Assembly: GCA_950097015.1 (NCBI GenBank) | Contig: CATNEN010000001.1 | Coordinates: 23,498,001-23,562,000, forward strand | Source: Macrostomum hystrix | Lineage: Eukaryota; Animalia; Platyhelminthes | Length of the DNA: 64,000 nt | Direction of reading: 5' to 3' | Shown here: piece after piece, positions 38,299-50,488 of the stretch | How positions within the stretch are numbered: position 1 is the stretch's first letter | Layout of the letters: the number at the start of each line of letters is the position of its first letter | Notes under the pieces: model-generated | What the model saw: the letters and a program-made list of their open reading frames with translations, nothing else | Told to the model about the DNA's origin: nothing | Database searches by the model: none | Position numbers and translations under genes: made by a program

Positions 38299-41200
38299 TC
38301 AGTCCACATTCTTGACGTGATTCTTCAGGTACTTCATCAGGGCGAACATGCGCAGTCGCTTTTTGCCAAACAGTCGCTCGAATTCTGCATCGCAGATGAC
38401 AAACTGCTTGTTCTTGGGATCAAACATGTCGCGCTCCTTGGCGATATCCCATAGACGCTTCACCACCTGAAACATTCGGGTGAGCATTCAAAATGCGATT
38501 GGATTTTATAAATACAAACATTTAGTTAATCAATAATACCCTACACAATTTTTCTGATGAGAATCGAACCACAGACCTTATTCATTACAAGCTACATGCT
38601 CTTCAAGGTCACTATTTAACTAGCCAATGGGAGCGTGTCGTGCAGTTTACCCCCAAGGCACAGCGAGAGTGTACACTGCCTGATGAGTAAGTCCAGGCAG
38701 ATGTACTCACACCTGTGTGTGCCTGCATGCGTGTTTTGCATAATTGGAAGAATTCTAAAGTAGCTAAGACTGCAGGTTTACGTATAAGGCTATGGATAAG
38801 GCAACTATTAGCTTCCGTTTCTTGAGTTTTTCCCAAATCAAATGGTAAAAATCCCGTTACAATTATTTACCGACACACGCACATTGTGGAGTGGGGTTAA
38901 TATAAAAATAATAATTGCAGGAGAGCTGCGGGCAGTGGCGCACCATTTGGTGACACTAGACCCGCAGCCAGCGAGGAGGCAATTCTGCCCATTTCGCTGA
39001 CTCCTGAGCACACACTCACACAGATACTGTACGCAGGCGCACACTCATACAGGTGTGTACATCTGCCCTGACTTTCTCATCGTCAGGCAGTGTACACTCT
39101 CACTGTGCCTTGGAGGTTGGCCCTCAAAGTCGTAAATTGCACGACAAGTCCCCAAGCCTTCTCTCCGCGGCTGCGCCCCAAATGAATGTGGCCTCGCCGT
39201 GGAATCGAACTTAGGGACCGTGGTCAATAAACCAATAGCCATGAACATCCAGAACACGGGCTAAAATTTTCCTTCTTTCTCTATCTATTCAACCAATAGC
39301 CATGAACATCCAGAACACGGGCTAAAATTTTCCTTCTTTCTCTATCTATTCAACCAATAGCCATGAACATCCAGAACACGGGCTAAAATTTTCCTTCTTT
39401 CTCTATCTATTCAACCAATAGCCATGAACATCCAGAACACGGGCTAAAATTTTCCTTCTTTCTCTATCTATTCAACCAATAGCCATGAACATCCAGAACA
39501 CGGGCTAAAATATTCCTTCTTTCTCTATCTATTCAACCAATAGCCATGAACATCCAGAACACGGGCTAAAATTTTCCTTCTTTCTCTATCTATTCAACCA
39601 ATAGCCATGAACATCCAGAACACGGGCTAAAATTTTCCTTCTTTCTCTATCTATTCAACCAATAGCCATGAACATCCAGAACACGGGCTAAAATTTTCCT
39701 TCTTTCTGTATCTATTCAACCAATAGCCATGAACATCCAGAACACGGGCTAAAATTTTCCTTCTTTCTGTATCTATTCAACCAATAGCCATGAACATCCA
39801 GAACACGGGCTAAAATTTTCCTTCTTTCTCTATCTATTCAACCAATAGCCATGAACATCCAGAACACGGGCTAAAATTTTCCTTCTTTCTGTATCTATTC
39901 AACCAATAGCCATGAACATCCAGAACACGGGCTAAAATTTTCCTTCTTTCTCTATCTATTCAACCAATAGCCATGAACATCCAGAACACGGGCTAAAATT
40001 TTCCTTCTTTCTGTATCTATTCAACCAATAGCCATGAACATCCAGAACACGGGCTAAAATTTTCCTTCTTTCTGTATCTATTCAACCAATAGCCATGAAC
40101 ATCCAGAACACGGGCTAAAATTTTCCTTCTTTCTCTATCTATTCAACCAATAGCCATGAACATCCAGAACACGGGCTAAAATTTTCCGCTTTATCCAATG
40201 AGACGACTTTCCGGAATTACAAAACATCGACGATGCTGACGTCGGACTGCTTTGAAAGTTGGTTCATCGTAAAGGGCGGAAAAATGTTGATTCAGGTGGT
40301 GGACTCTCAGGAAAATCGGTCATTCGGTTTGGGAGCTGTCGAGAATTAGGCAATGGGGATGGTGTGGTGTTGGGACAAGCTCTATAGAACTATTTCTAAG
40401 TGATTCATCAGTGACCACAAGCAGCTAGGCCAGTCATTCCAGACCTGCTGTCTCGGCATGGAGTCGCAGCCGACCACCTCGGCCAGAGCCGGGCTCAGGG
40501 CGCACGGCTTCGAGAAGCCGCCGCCGCCGCCGCCGGACTTCCTCGGCGCCCGCTTGCTCTTGGCAGCCGAGCCAGACGAGGCGTCCCTAGTGGCGCTTCT
40601 TCTCTGCCGGGTTGTCAAGCCGTTCTCCTTCAGATGCAGCTGCCTGGCCAGTTCCTCGTCTGTCATCGGCTGGTCCACTTTGTCGGCTGATGATTTAGAT
40701 TGAGAGGCCCGCTTAGCCGCCGGTGCTGACTTTTTGGCTGGCCTGGCATCCTCCAGATCGGACAGGCTAGAGTCTGTGTCGTCATCCTCAGCTTCCTCAT
40801 CCGAGTCGGCTTTATTGCCAGCGGAGCGAGCAGCCAGCACAGACTCGATGGCCTGCTCAATCTCTGCCTTCTGTTCAGCCAGGCTAACACCCAGGCGCTC
40901 CTCCAACTCCTTGCGAACCTTTTTAACTGTGAGCGAATTCAAATCGGCGCCATCGAGCAGCTCTGACATTGGCGAGGGGAATAGAAGGCTAGTTAGCACA
41001 TTAGAGTTTCCAGTTTGGACTAGATTAGCAATAATTTGGCATACAAGTTAATTCAATTTAACTTCTGCGTAGAAAATTTACATGTAATTAATTTGAGGCT
41101 GATTTACAGCCAGTGATATATGCCAGCTAATATGCTGATACCAAGGACATGTAAATCAGGGTCAAGTGTACTTTAAGATGCAAAATTAAGAACTAAAAGT

Positions 41201-42462
41201 TGAAACTTAACAATATATTGATTGTATATTTTAGCACAACACCTATGAAAAGCATAGCACTATCCTGAGAACTAACTCAGGGTTATACTTTTAGCAAAGC
41301 AATGTATACTACACTGTGTCTTATAGGTAGAGTTTTGCCATAACAAAAAAATTATTGTATCTGTATCCATAACTTAAAAAATTACCATAACCTTTGTATC
41401 ATATGTATTACTCTTATTTGGATGTGTGTAGGCCCTAACTCAGAGTAACTTTGGGATATACTATAATTCTAAAGCCAAGGAGACCACAGCCAAAAAATTA
41501 AGCCTTTCCTATGACTCAACAGGTTTGGGGTGAAGTGCCTCCCAACTACCCCAATAGCTTGAGTCCCCAATGCCACAGTAGGGAATTAAGAGTTTCCATT
41601 GTTGGCAGTCTAAAGAAGTTCCTTTGTTATTATTTCTGTAAAATGCAGTTTATCTTTACAGTCCACCAATAGCCTAGTCAACAGACTATGCAAAACCTTA
41701 CCCACAATTTGCATATGGCATTGAAATTTCTCAAGGGCTTGAGTTTCAAACACTAAGGAATTAGGAGTTCCCATTATCTAGCAGTCAGTCTGCGGTGTCA
41801 TGCGATATCCTCTTAATCATTAGCTCTCATTATTCTTTCTACATCTTGTCATAGCCATCCATATATTCCCATAAATATCCATGTAGCCTTGAAGTCTTTA
41901 TTAGAGGCTTGAGTTTGTAAAGAATTTTTGTGTTTCTTTCTATATCTGTTTCTATACTTTCTTTTAGTCTCTATTGTGTCTGTGCTGTTTGTTTTACTCA
42001 CTTCAGCACAAACTATATTTGAGAACTTAAGATATAGAAACTAGTTATAGGAAACAGAAGTTTCCCTAACCATATCCATATATTTTGTCCAAAAAGCGAA
42101 ATATCTATAACTTCCTATAGCCATATCTGTAGCTAAGGTGGAACTCTACTTATAGGTTGGCCATTAAGGGCACAAATTATACAAGCCCCAAGCTATAGTC
42201 AGGAAAGTGACAATTTGGTAAGAAAATGCAAAAAAATATTATCCTTTTTATAAAACAGAGCATCGAGACCATTTAAAATAATATTTTAGTTTTCTTAAAT
42301 ATTCTAAAAACTTGAATTTTGTACATCCAGTAGACCAGCTTTGACTTTCTTCAGCATTAGTTTAATAAGTCTGAAATGATATCAAGGCATATCTAAATAT
42401 AGAGGCTACTGTACTGAGTACTTACTTGAAACTTCTTTGCGAATCACTGTATTTTCAACCAT
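38299..42462 (-). CDS. DEK_C + SWIB/MDM2 domain protein (UAF30/Spp27/Tri1-like); exons 42426-42462, 40445-40962, 38299-38466; ~240 aa
   Basis: N-terminal IRKEVSKLLDGADLNSLTVKKVRKELEERLGVSL (DEK_C), DEELARQL linker, and C-terminal SWIB LSPALAEVVG..MPRQQ|VVKRLWD..DPKNKQFVICDAEFERLFG. GT-AG junctions, phases 1 and 0. Confidence 0.88.
38633..38735 (+). mobile_element. SINE family A internal fragment
   Basis: CCAAGGCACAG..GTGTACACTGCCTGATGAG..GGCAGATGTAC. Confidence 0.72.
38899..39222 (-). mobile_element. SINE family A copy whose head is cut off by the 61-bp array
   Basis: High similarity to the 27182 copy up to the B-box region, then an abrupt switch to the array. Confidence 0.88.
39230..40187. 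repeat. Near-perfect 61-bp tandem array (~15.7 copies) in intron 2 of the SWIB gene
   Basis: Unit AACCAATAGCCATGAACATCCAGAACACGGGCTAAAATTTTCCTTCTTTCTCTATCTATTC. Confidence 0.97.
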
Positions 42463-43199
42463 TGTGCTGAGTGCTTGAAGCAAAGTTGCCGTACTGTAGT
42501 GTAACAATGTACAGGTAAGTAAACACTACTGCGCTGTGGATAGTGTAGACAAATTTTTATGGGAAAAATTATTCTCACGTCACTCAAGACTACGAAATAA
42601 CGCCAAATTAGTTGCAATCAGTTATTGCAAAAATATCGCCACACATAAAGAGGGAGACTTGTAGTCAAGCTAGATCGAACAAATTTAAAACAATAGACTT
42701 ATAGTTTAAATATAGAGACATTTTTAAACAGAACAAATTTCAATCGATTAAACACGCGACAAGTCCGTCACCTGTAAACAATTATAGCGTTATTTACTTT
42801 ATTCCGTAAAAATACATTTGGAATTTAAAAAACACAATTTACAATTCCATGCTACTTATTTGATTCTTAGGGCTTAAGAAGCGTGCCTAAAAACTGAAGC
42901 AGTAGTAAAATATTTTTTTATAGAGGCGAAAGACCGTTTAAAAAATCGCAAAAATCTAAATTTAGCGATGAGCGATTCAATACCTATAATGAGTTTACTT
43001 TTCAATCATATCTGTTTAATTATTCTGCCTAATTCCCAGCTGACAAGAATTACCAAAAATAAATGTTGTGGTGCGATATAATACATAGATTGGCAACTCG
43101 ACCCTTCTGCCAGTCCTGCAGAAGTTTCCCGTAGCCGCGAGCTAGCATAAATATTGAATCATAACAACACAAGTTTTGAAGGCACGCAGCCACATCTCT

Positions 43200-43395
43200 A
43201 TAGGTGCGTTCATCTGCCCTGACTTAAGTATCAGACTGTGCCTTGCAAGTTGCCCCGAGGCGTAGCATTTGTCAGACCAATTCTAATGCATTCTGCTTCT
43301 CTTGGCAGCTGCGCCAGAAAATTAATGCGGATAACTCGGATGTCATGGACCATCAATGCGAAAGCCACACGTGTTACGCCTTTTGCCACTAATCC
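43200..43395 (-). mobile_element. Highly degraded SINE family A relic
   Basis: CATCTGCCCTGACTT, ACTGTGCCTTG and TGCCACT blocks in family order. Confidence 0.5.
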
Positions 43396-43987
43396 CTACC
43401 CTTATTCCTGTAAACTCACACGTTCCTATACCAGATCCCTGGACAAATTAGATTTTAGAAGGGTAAGAGCACAAAATTTCATTCCTATCAATATAACTAC
43501 GAGCGTATTGTCGCCTAGCTTTAGGTTCTGGGTTGAACCTTGGCCCAGAAATTATAGACACTTATGAAGTCCCGAATATTTGAAAACTCGGCTGTTGAAC
43601 CGTAAAAACAGCTGGTTTTGATCCGAAACTTTTCGTCCATAAGTTTGCCTGCTCGTTTATACTCTGCCCGGCGGTCAATGGGTAAAAGGGGACCGCAATG
43701 GCTAAAGTCTTTCTAGATCACCAGCTTGGTTTTCCTCCTGGAAATTGTACTTGCAGAAATGGGAGATCGCAAGTTCAACACCAAATTTAATTAAAAAATT
43801 GATTAATTTTACTAATGCTGTAAATATAACGTTACTTATTAGTCCCAACAATAAAAGTAGAAATTTAGACAATAATCATGAACAATAGATTAGCTAGAAA
43901 AAATCCAGAAATTAACGGCAACCAGTTTTGCCATCTGAACATGGCACACGTAAGCACGTAAGAACACGTAAATAAGAAGTAAAATAT

Positions 43988-43998
43988 GACAACAACAA

Positions 43999-44034
<36 letters not shown>

Positions 44035-44620
44035 CCACAACAACAACAACAAAGAACTCCTCCCGCCAGCCACGCAGTGGCCAGAAATGGGGGAGGATCG
44101 TCAGACAGCGCGTCTCTGGGCCACGACCTCAAAAAGTCACACCCACCTGCTTGGTGTGGGGCGCCAGCATCACTCAGAAGCCGGTCAGGAAACTCGCCGT
44201 TCGCCCTTGGCCTCGCCTGCGTGGTCCTTGCAGCTTGAGCAGCAGTACGTCGTGTAGCGACTCAAGGCAGCGGGCCTCCGACCGGATGACGTGGCCAGCA
44301 TCAGGCGTGCCCTTGCGTTGAGCGCGGCTTCGCTGCAAACCCGAACGCCGCACGCAGCATGGCCGCAGGCGCATGCGCAGCGTCCAGCTGCCTCTCCAAG
44401 GCGTCCGTCAGGGTCTAGGTCTCGGCGTTATACAGCAAGACAGTCTCAACGACTGCCTGAAACAGCCGAGCCCTGAGCCCGTCGTCCAGTGCCTCAGATT
44501 GGAGCACGGAGCGCACAGAGCGAAACGCGGCCCAGGGCCAGTCCTCGTCATCTCACCATGAGGTCGTCGGCGACGTCCGGCACGAGGTCACCGAGGTATA
44601 AGAAACGATGACAGCGGGTA
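43988..44620 (-). mobile_element. 5'-truncated, inactivated RTE-like non-LTR retrotransposon 3' end with (TTG)n tail
   Basis: Minus-strand translation gives FLYLG, WAAFRSVRSVL, RARLFQAVVETVLLYNAET*TLT and GPRRRGQGR (RT thumb/C-terminal region typical of the RTE clade), with stops and frameshifts; ends in a microsatellite tail (CAA run 43988-44052). Confidence 0.8.
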
Positions 44621-44729
44621 AGTCTGAAAAAATAAGTGTAAAAAAAAACTTCTGGCTTGTTAGGGGCAGTTAAAAACTGCTTGAAAATTTGTGCGCGAAA
44701 GCATCTTTAAAGACGACGAAAATATCTAT

Positions 44730-47700
44730 CGAGGTAGATTCTTGTGGGTGATGTAGACACTCGGGGTAGATTCTTGCGGGAGATGTAAACACTCGAGGTA
44801 GATTCTTTGGGGAGATGTAAACACTCGAGGTAGATTCTTGCGGGAGATGTAGACACTCGGGGTAGATTCTTGCGGAAGATGTAGACACTCGAGGTAGATT
44901 CTTGCGGGAGATGTAAACACTCGAGGTAGATTCTTTGGGGAGATGTAGACACTCGAGGTAGATTCTTGCGGGAGATGTAAACACTCGAGGTAGATTCTTT
45001 GGGGAGATGTAGACACTCGAGGTAGATTCTTGCGGGAGATGTAAACACTCGAGGTAGATTCTTGCGGGAGATGTAGACACTCGAGGTAGATTCTTGCGGG
45101 AGATGTAAACACTCGAGGTAGATTCTTGCGGGAGATGTAGACACTCGAGGTAGATTCTTGTGGGAGATGTAGACACTCGAGGTAGATTCTTGCGGGAGAT
45201 GTAAACACTCGAGGTAGATTCTTGCGGGAGATGTAGACACTCGAGGTAGATTCTTGTGGGAGATGTAGACACTCGAGGTAGATTCTTGGGGGAGATGTAG
45301 ACACTCGGGGTAGATTCTTGTGTTAGAGGTGCCATATGAACACTCGGATAGATTCATGTGGGAGGTATTGTCATTCAGGGTAGATTTCTTGTGGGAGGTG
45401 TGGACAGTCGGGGTAGATTCTTGTGGGAGGTGTGGACAGTCGGGGTAGATTATTGTGGGAGGTGCAGTCACTCGGGGTAGATTATTGTGGGAGATGTAGA
45501 CACTCGAGGTAGATTCTTGCGGGAGATGTAAACACTCGAGGTAGATTCTTGCGGGAGATGTAGACACTCGAGGTAGATTCTTGTGGGAGATGTAGACACT
45601 CGAGGTAGATTCTTGTGGGAGATGTAGACACTCGAGGTAGATTCTTGTGGGAGATGTAGACACTCGAGGTAGATTCTTGTGGGAGATGTAGACACTCGAG
45701 GTAGATTCTTGCGGGAGATGTAGACACTTGGGGTAGATTCTTGCGGGAGATGTAGACACTCGAGGTAGATTCTTGTGGGAGATGTAGACACTCGAGGTAG
45801 ATTCTTGCGGGAGATGTAGACACTCGAGGTAGATTCTTGCGGGAGATGTAGACACTCGAGGTAGATTATTGTGGGAGATATAGACACTCGAGGTAGATTC
45901 TTGCGGGAGATGTAGACACTCGAGGTAGATTCTTGTGGGAGATGTAGACACTCGAGGTAGATTCTTGCGGGAGATGTAGACACTTGGGGTAGATTCTTGC
46001 GGGAGATGTAGACACTCGAGGTAGATTCTTGCGGGAGATGTAGACACTCGAGGTAGATTCTTGTGGGAGATGTAGACACTCGAGGTAGATTCTTGGGGGA
46101 GATGTAGACACTCGGGGTAGATTCTTGGGGGAGATGTAGACACTCGAGGTAGATTCTTGGGGGAGATGTAGACACTCGAGGTAGATTCTTGTGGGAGATG
46201 TAGACACTCGAGGTAGATTCTTGGGGGAGATGTAGACACTCGGGGTAGATTCTTGTGTTAGAGGTGCCATATGAACACTCGGATAGATTCATGTGGGAGG
46301 TATTGTCATTCAGGGTAGATTTCTTGTGGGAGGTGTGGACAGTCGGGGTAGATTCTTGTGGGAGGTGTGGACAGTCGGGGTAGATTATTGTGGGAGGTGC
46401 AGTCACTCGGGGTAGATTATTGTGGGAGATGTAGACACTCGAGGTAGATTCTTGCGGGAGATGTAAACACTCGAGGTAGATTCTTGCGGGAGATGTAGAC
46501 ACTCGAGGTAGATTCTTGTGGGAGATGTAGACACTCGAGGTAGATTCTTGTGGGAGATGTAGACACTCGAGGTAGATTCTTGTGGGAGATGTAGACACTC
46601 GAGGTAGATTCTTGTGGGAGATGTAGACACTCGAGGTAGATTCTTGCGGGAGATGTAGACACTTGGGGTAGATTCTTGCGGGAGATGTAGACACTCGAGG
46701 TAGATTCTTGTGGGAGATGTAGACACTCGAGGTAGATTCTTGCGGGAGATGTAGACACTCGAGGTAGATTCTTGTGGGAGATGTAGACACTCGAGGTAGA
46801 TTCTTGGGGGAGATGTAGACACTCGGGGTAGATTCTTGGGGGAGATGTAGACACTCGAGGTAGATTCTTGGGGGAGATGTAGACACTCGAGGTAGATTCT
46901 TGTGGGAGATGTAGACACTCGAGGTAGATTCTTGGGGGAGATGTAGACACTCGGGGTAGATTCTTGTGTTAGAGGTGCCATATGAACACTCGGATAGATT
47001 CATGTGGGAGGTATTGTCATTCAGGGTAGATTTCTTGTGGGAGGTGTGGACAGTCGGGGTAGATTCTTGTGGGAGGTGTGGACAGTCGGGGTAGATTATT
47101 GTGGGAGGTGCAGTCACTCGGGGTAGATTATTGTGGGAGATGTAGACACTCGAGGTAGATTCTTGCGGGAGATGTAAACACTCGAGGTAGATTCTTGCGG
47201 GAGATGTAGACACTCGAGGTAGATTCTTGTGGGAGATGTAGACACTCGAGGTAGATTCTTGTGGGAGATGTAGACACTCGAGGTAGATTCTTGTGGGAGA
47301 TGTAGACACTCGAGGTAGATTCTTGTGGGAGATGTAGACACTCGAGGTAGATTCTTGCGGGAGATGTAGACACTTGGGGTAGATTCTTGCGGGAGATGTA
47401 GACACTCGAGGTAGATTCTTGTGGGAGATGTAGACACTCGAGGTAGATTCTTGCGGGAGATGTAGACACTCGAGGTAGATTCTTGTGGGAGATGTAGACA
47501 CTCGAGGTAGATTCTTGGGGGAGATGTAGACACTCGGGGTAGATTCTTGGGGGAGATGTAGACACTCGAGGTAGATTCTTGGGGGAGATGTAGACACTCG
47601 AGGTAGATTCTTGTGGGAGATGTAGACACTCGAGGTAGATTCTTGGGGGAGATGTAGACACTCGGGGTAGATTCTTGTGTTAGAGGTGCCATATGAACAC

Positions 47701-49207
47701 TCGGATAGATTCATGTGGGAGGTATTGTCATTCAGGGTAGATTTCTTGTGGGAGGTGTGGACAGTCGGGGTAGATTATTGTGGGAGGTGTGGACAGTCGG
47801 GGTAGATTATTGTGGGAGGTGCAGTCACTCGGGGTAGATTATTGTGGGAGATGTAGACACTCGAGGTAGATTCTTGCGGGAGATGTAAACACTCGAGGTA
47901 GATTCTTGTGGGAGATGTAGACACTCGAGGTAGATTCTTGCGGGAGATGTAGACACTTGGGGTAGATTCTTGCGGGAGATGTAGACACTCGAGGTAGATT
48001 CTTGTGGGAGATGTAGACACTCGAGGTAGATTCTTGGGGGAGATGTAGACACTCGGGGTAGATTCTTGGGGGAGATGTAGACACTCGAGGTAGATTCTTG
48101 GGGGAGATGTAGACACTCGAGGTAGATTCTTGTGGGAGATGTAGACACTCGAGGTAGATTCTTGGGGGAGATGTAGACACTCGGGGTAGATTCTTGTGTT
48201 AGAGGTGCCATATGAACACTCGGATAGATTCATGTGGGAGGTATTGTCATTCAGGGTAGATTTCTTGTGGGAGGTGTGGACAGTCGGGGTAGATTATTGT
48301 GGGAGGTGTGGACAGTCGGGGTAGATTATTGTGGGAGGTGCAGTCACTCGGGGTAGATTATTGTGGGAGATGTAGACACTCGAGGTAGATTCTTGCGGGA
48401 GATGTAAACACTCGAGGTAGATTCTTGTGGGAGATGTAGACACTCGAGGTAGATTCTTGCGGGAGATGTAGACACTTGGGGTAGATTCTTGCGGGAGATG
48501 TAGACACTCGAGGTAGATTCTTGTGGGAGATGTAGACACTCGAGGTAGATTCTTGCGGGAGATGTAGACACTCGAGGTAGATTCTTGCGGGAGATGTAGA
48601 CACTCGAGGTAGATTCTTGTGGGAGATATAGACACTCGAGGTAGATTCTTGCGGGAGATGTAGACACTCGAGGTAGATTCTTGTGGGAGATGTAGACACT
48701 CGAGGTAGATTCTTTGGGGAGATGTAGACACTCGAGGTAGATTCTTGCGGGAGATGTAGACACTCGAGGTAGATTCTTGTGGGAGATGTAGACACTCGAG
48801 GTAGATTCTTGGGGGAGATGTAGACACTCGGGGTAGATTCTTGTGTTAGAGGTGCCATATGAACACTCGGATAGATTCATGTGGGAGGTATTGTCATTCA
48901 GGGTAGATTTCTTGTGGGAGGTGTGGACAGTCGGGGTAGATTCTTGTGGGAGGTGTGGACAGTCGGGGTAGATTATTGTGGGAGGTGTGGACAGTCGGGG
49001 TAGATTATTGTGGGAGGTGCAGTCACTCGGGGTAGATTATTGTGGGAGATCTAGACACTCGGGGTAGATTATTGTGGGAGGTGCAGTCACTCGGGGTAGA
49101 TTATTGTGGGAGATCTAGACACTCGGGGTAGATTATTGTGGGAGATCTAGACACTCGGGGTAGATTATTGTGGGAGATCTAGACACTCGGGGTAGATTAT
49201 TGTGGGA
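44730..49207. repeat. 4.5-kb satellite of 32-bp units (GAGGTAGATTCTTGYGGGAGATGTAGACACTC) organised in higher-order repeats
   Basis: A divergent marker block (TTAGAGGTGCCATATGAACAC...) recurs 6 times at spacings of 935, 711, 711, 519 and 647 bp, all differing by multiples of 32. Confidence 0.96.
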
Positions 49208-49821
49208 TGTATAGTCCCTGAGTTGCGAGCTTCAATAATTTTTTGGAGTCTTATTGAGAAAATACTTGTGATATAGAAAGCGTGAAAATACAGTAGCAGA
49301 AATCTTTAAAGTCCTCTCGGAGCACCAATTTGTCGACGAATTTCCAGCAATTACACGCTCACTGTCTTTGTAGGACCAGCTGCCGGAGCATGCCAGCCCA
49401 CAGGTAAACAGAAAATTTTTAAACACAGAAAGACTATACTTAAGGGACAAAAAATTGTGCAATTCGAGCTCAAAGGTGACTTCGGCGCAGCCTTGCATCG
49501 ATGGACTTTAAAAGCAAGCGAATTTTCGCTCAAAGGAATCGCACCAGCCATCCTCAAAGAAATTGTTATGCCCAATGGCTTCGTCTTCCAAAATTTGTTT
49601 ATAAAAGTAGGCTCCAAATCCTGCCAATAAATCCAAGGACAGACTGTCTTACTTTTACTCCGCCTCAGCGATCAAGAGTTAAAACCAAGGATCAACGTCA
49701 GAGGGCCTTTTGGAATATAATAATAGGCAAGTATTAGAATTGATATTTCACAATTAAGGAAGTGAAACATACCATCAACATAATTCCTCCATCCCGCAAT
49801 TCTAGACTCAACAAGCCTGCC

Positions 49822-50488
49822 ATGATGTGCAACCGCTTGCTCTTAGTGATTCTGTGCCTGCAGGCGTGCGCAGTCGAACTTTCGCACGAATGTTTCATGG
49901 AAAACTGCGCTCCGGGCGGCAAGAAGCGCTCCGCTGATCCCTTGCTGGGATTTTCCTCCCTAGGAGCTAACGATGGTAAGCGGAGGCTGATCAATCCAGA
50001 TAAAATAACTTCATAATTCTGGTCAATGTGCCCATACAGTTGAATGATTACCACGTCGTTCGCATTCGCATACCACTACCATTAATCAATAGGTAGTCCA
50101 AGTGAAGCCATTGTCAAGCACTGTCCTAGCTGCTCGCACGGTTGGGGCCGCTGCTTCGGCCCAACCATTTGCTGCCATCCCAGCGGCGGCTGCCGAGTTG
50201 GCTTCGGTCCTGACACCCTCGCCTGTCGCCGACTGCCCAGAGGAGTTCTATTGAGCTGTTCCGCTTCCAGCTGCTTGAATGGCCGCGGTCGGTGCGCCTC
50301 GCGTGGAGTCTGCTGCACCGCCGGTAGGTGATGCTTTATTATTGTCTAATTTTTGCTCTGTATACAAAACACCCGACCGATGTAAGAAGTCTCCCAGCAT
50401 TCTCCAACAATCGTCAAAGTAATCAACATGCCGAACATTTGCAGATGCCTGCCAAGTTGCCGCCGAGTGCAACAATATCGGGCTCTGA
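49822..50488 (+). CDS. Oxytocin/vasopressin-family neuropeptide precursor (signal peptide, CFMENCAPG, GKKR, neurophysin); exons 49822-49975, 50093-50323, 50445-50488; 142 aa
   Basis: Hydrophobic signal LLLVILCLQACA; C-x4-C-x2-G followed by G-K-K-R. The spliced neurophysin CPSCSHGWGRCFGPTICCHPSGGC...C...C..CLNGRGRCASRGVCCTA|DACQVAAEC has all 14 Cys, and intron 2 lies just after the second CC as in OT/VP genes. Confidence 0.92.

Noticed and set aside
39230-40187. CRISPR-like appearance of the 28-61-bp arrays
   Set aside because: Units are head-to-tail with no unique spacers, there are no cas genes, and the context is eukaryotic.
44670-48880. ORFs up to 748 aa in the 32-bp satellite
   Set aside because: All three minus frames cycle through the same peptide; repeat artefact.
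49270-49510. Possible hAT transposase C-terminal relic (DEFPAITRSL)
   Set aside because: Needs a stop and frameshifts and lacks the ERxFS motif; cannot be supported without a search.
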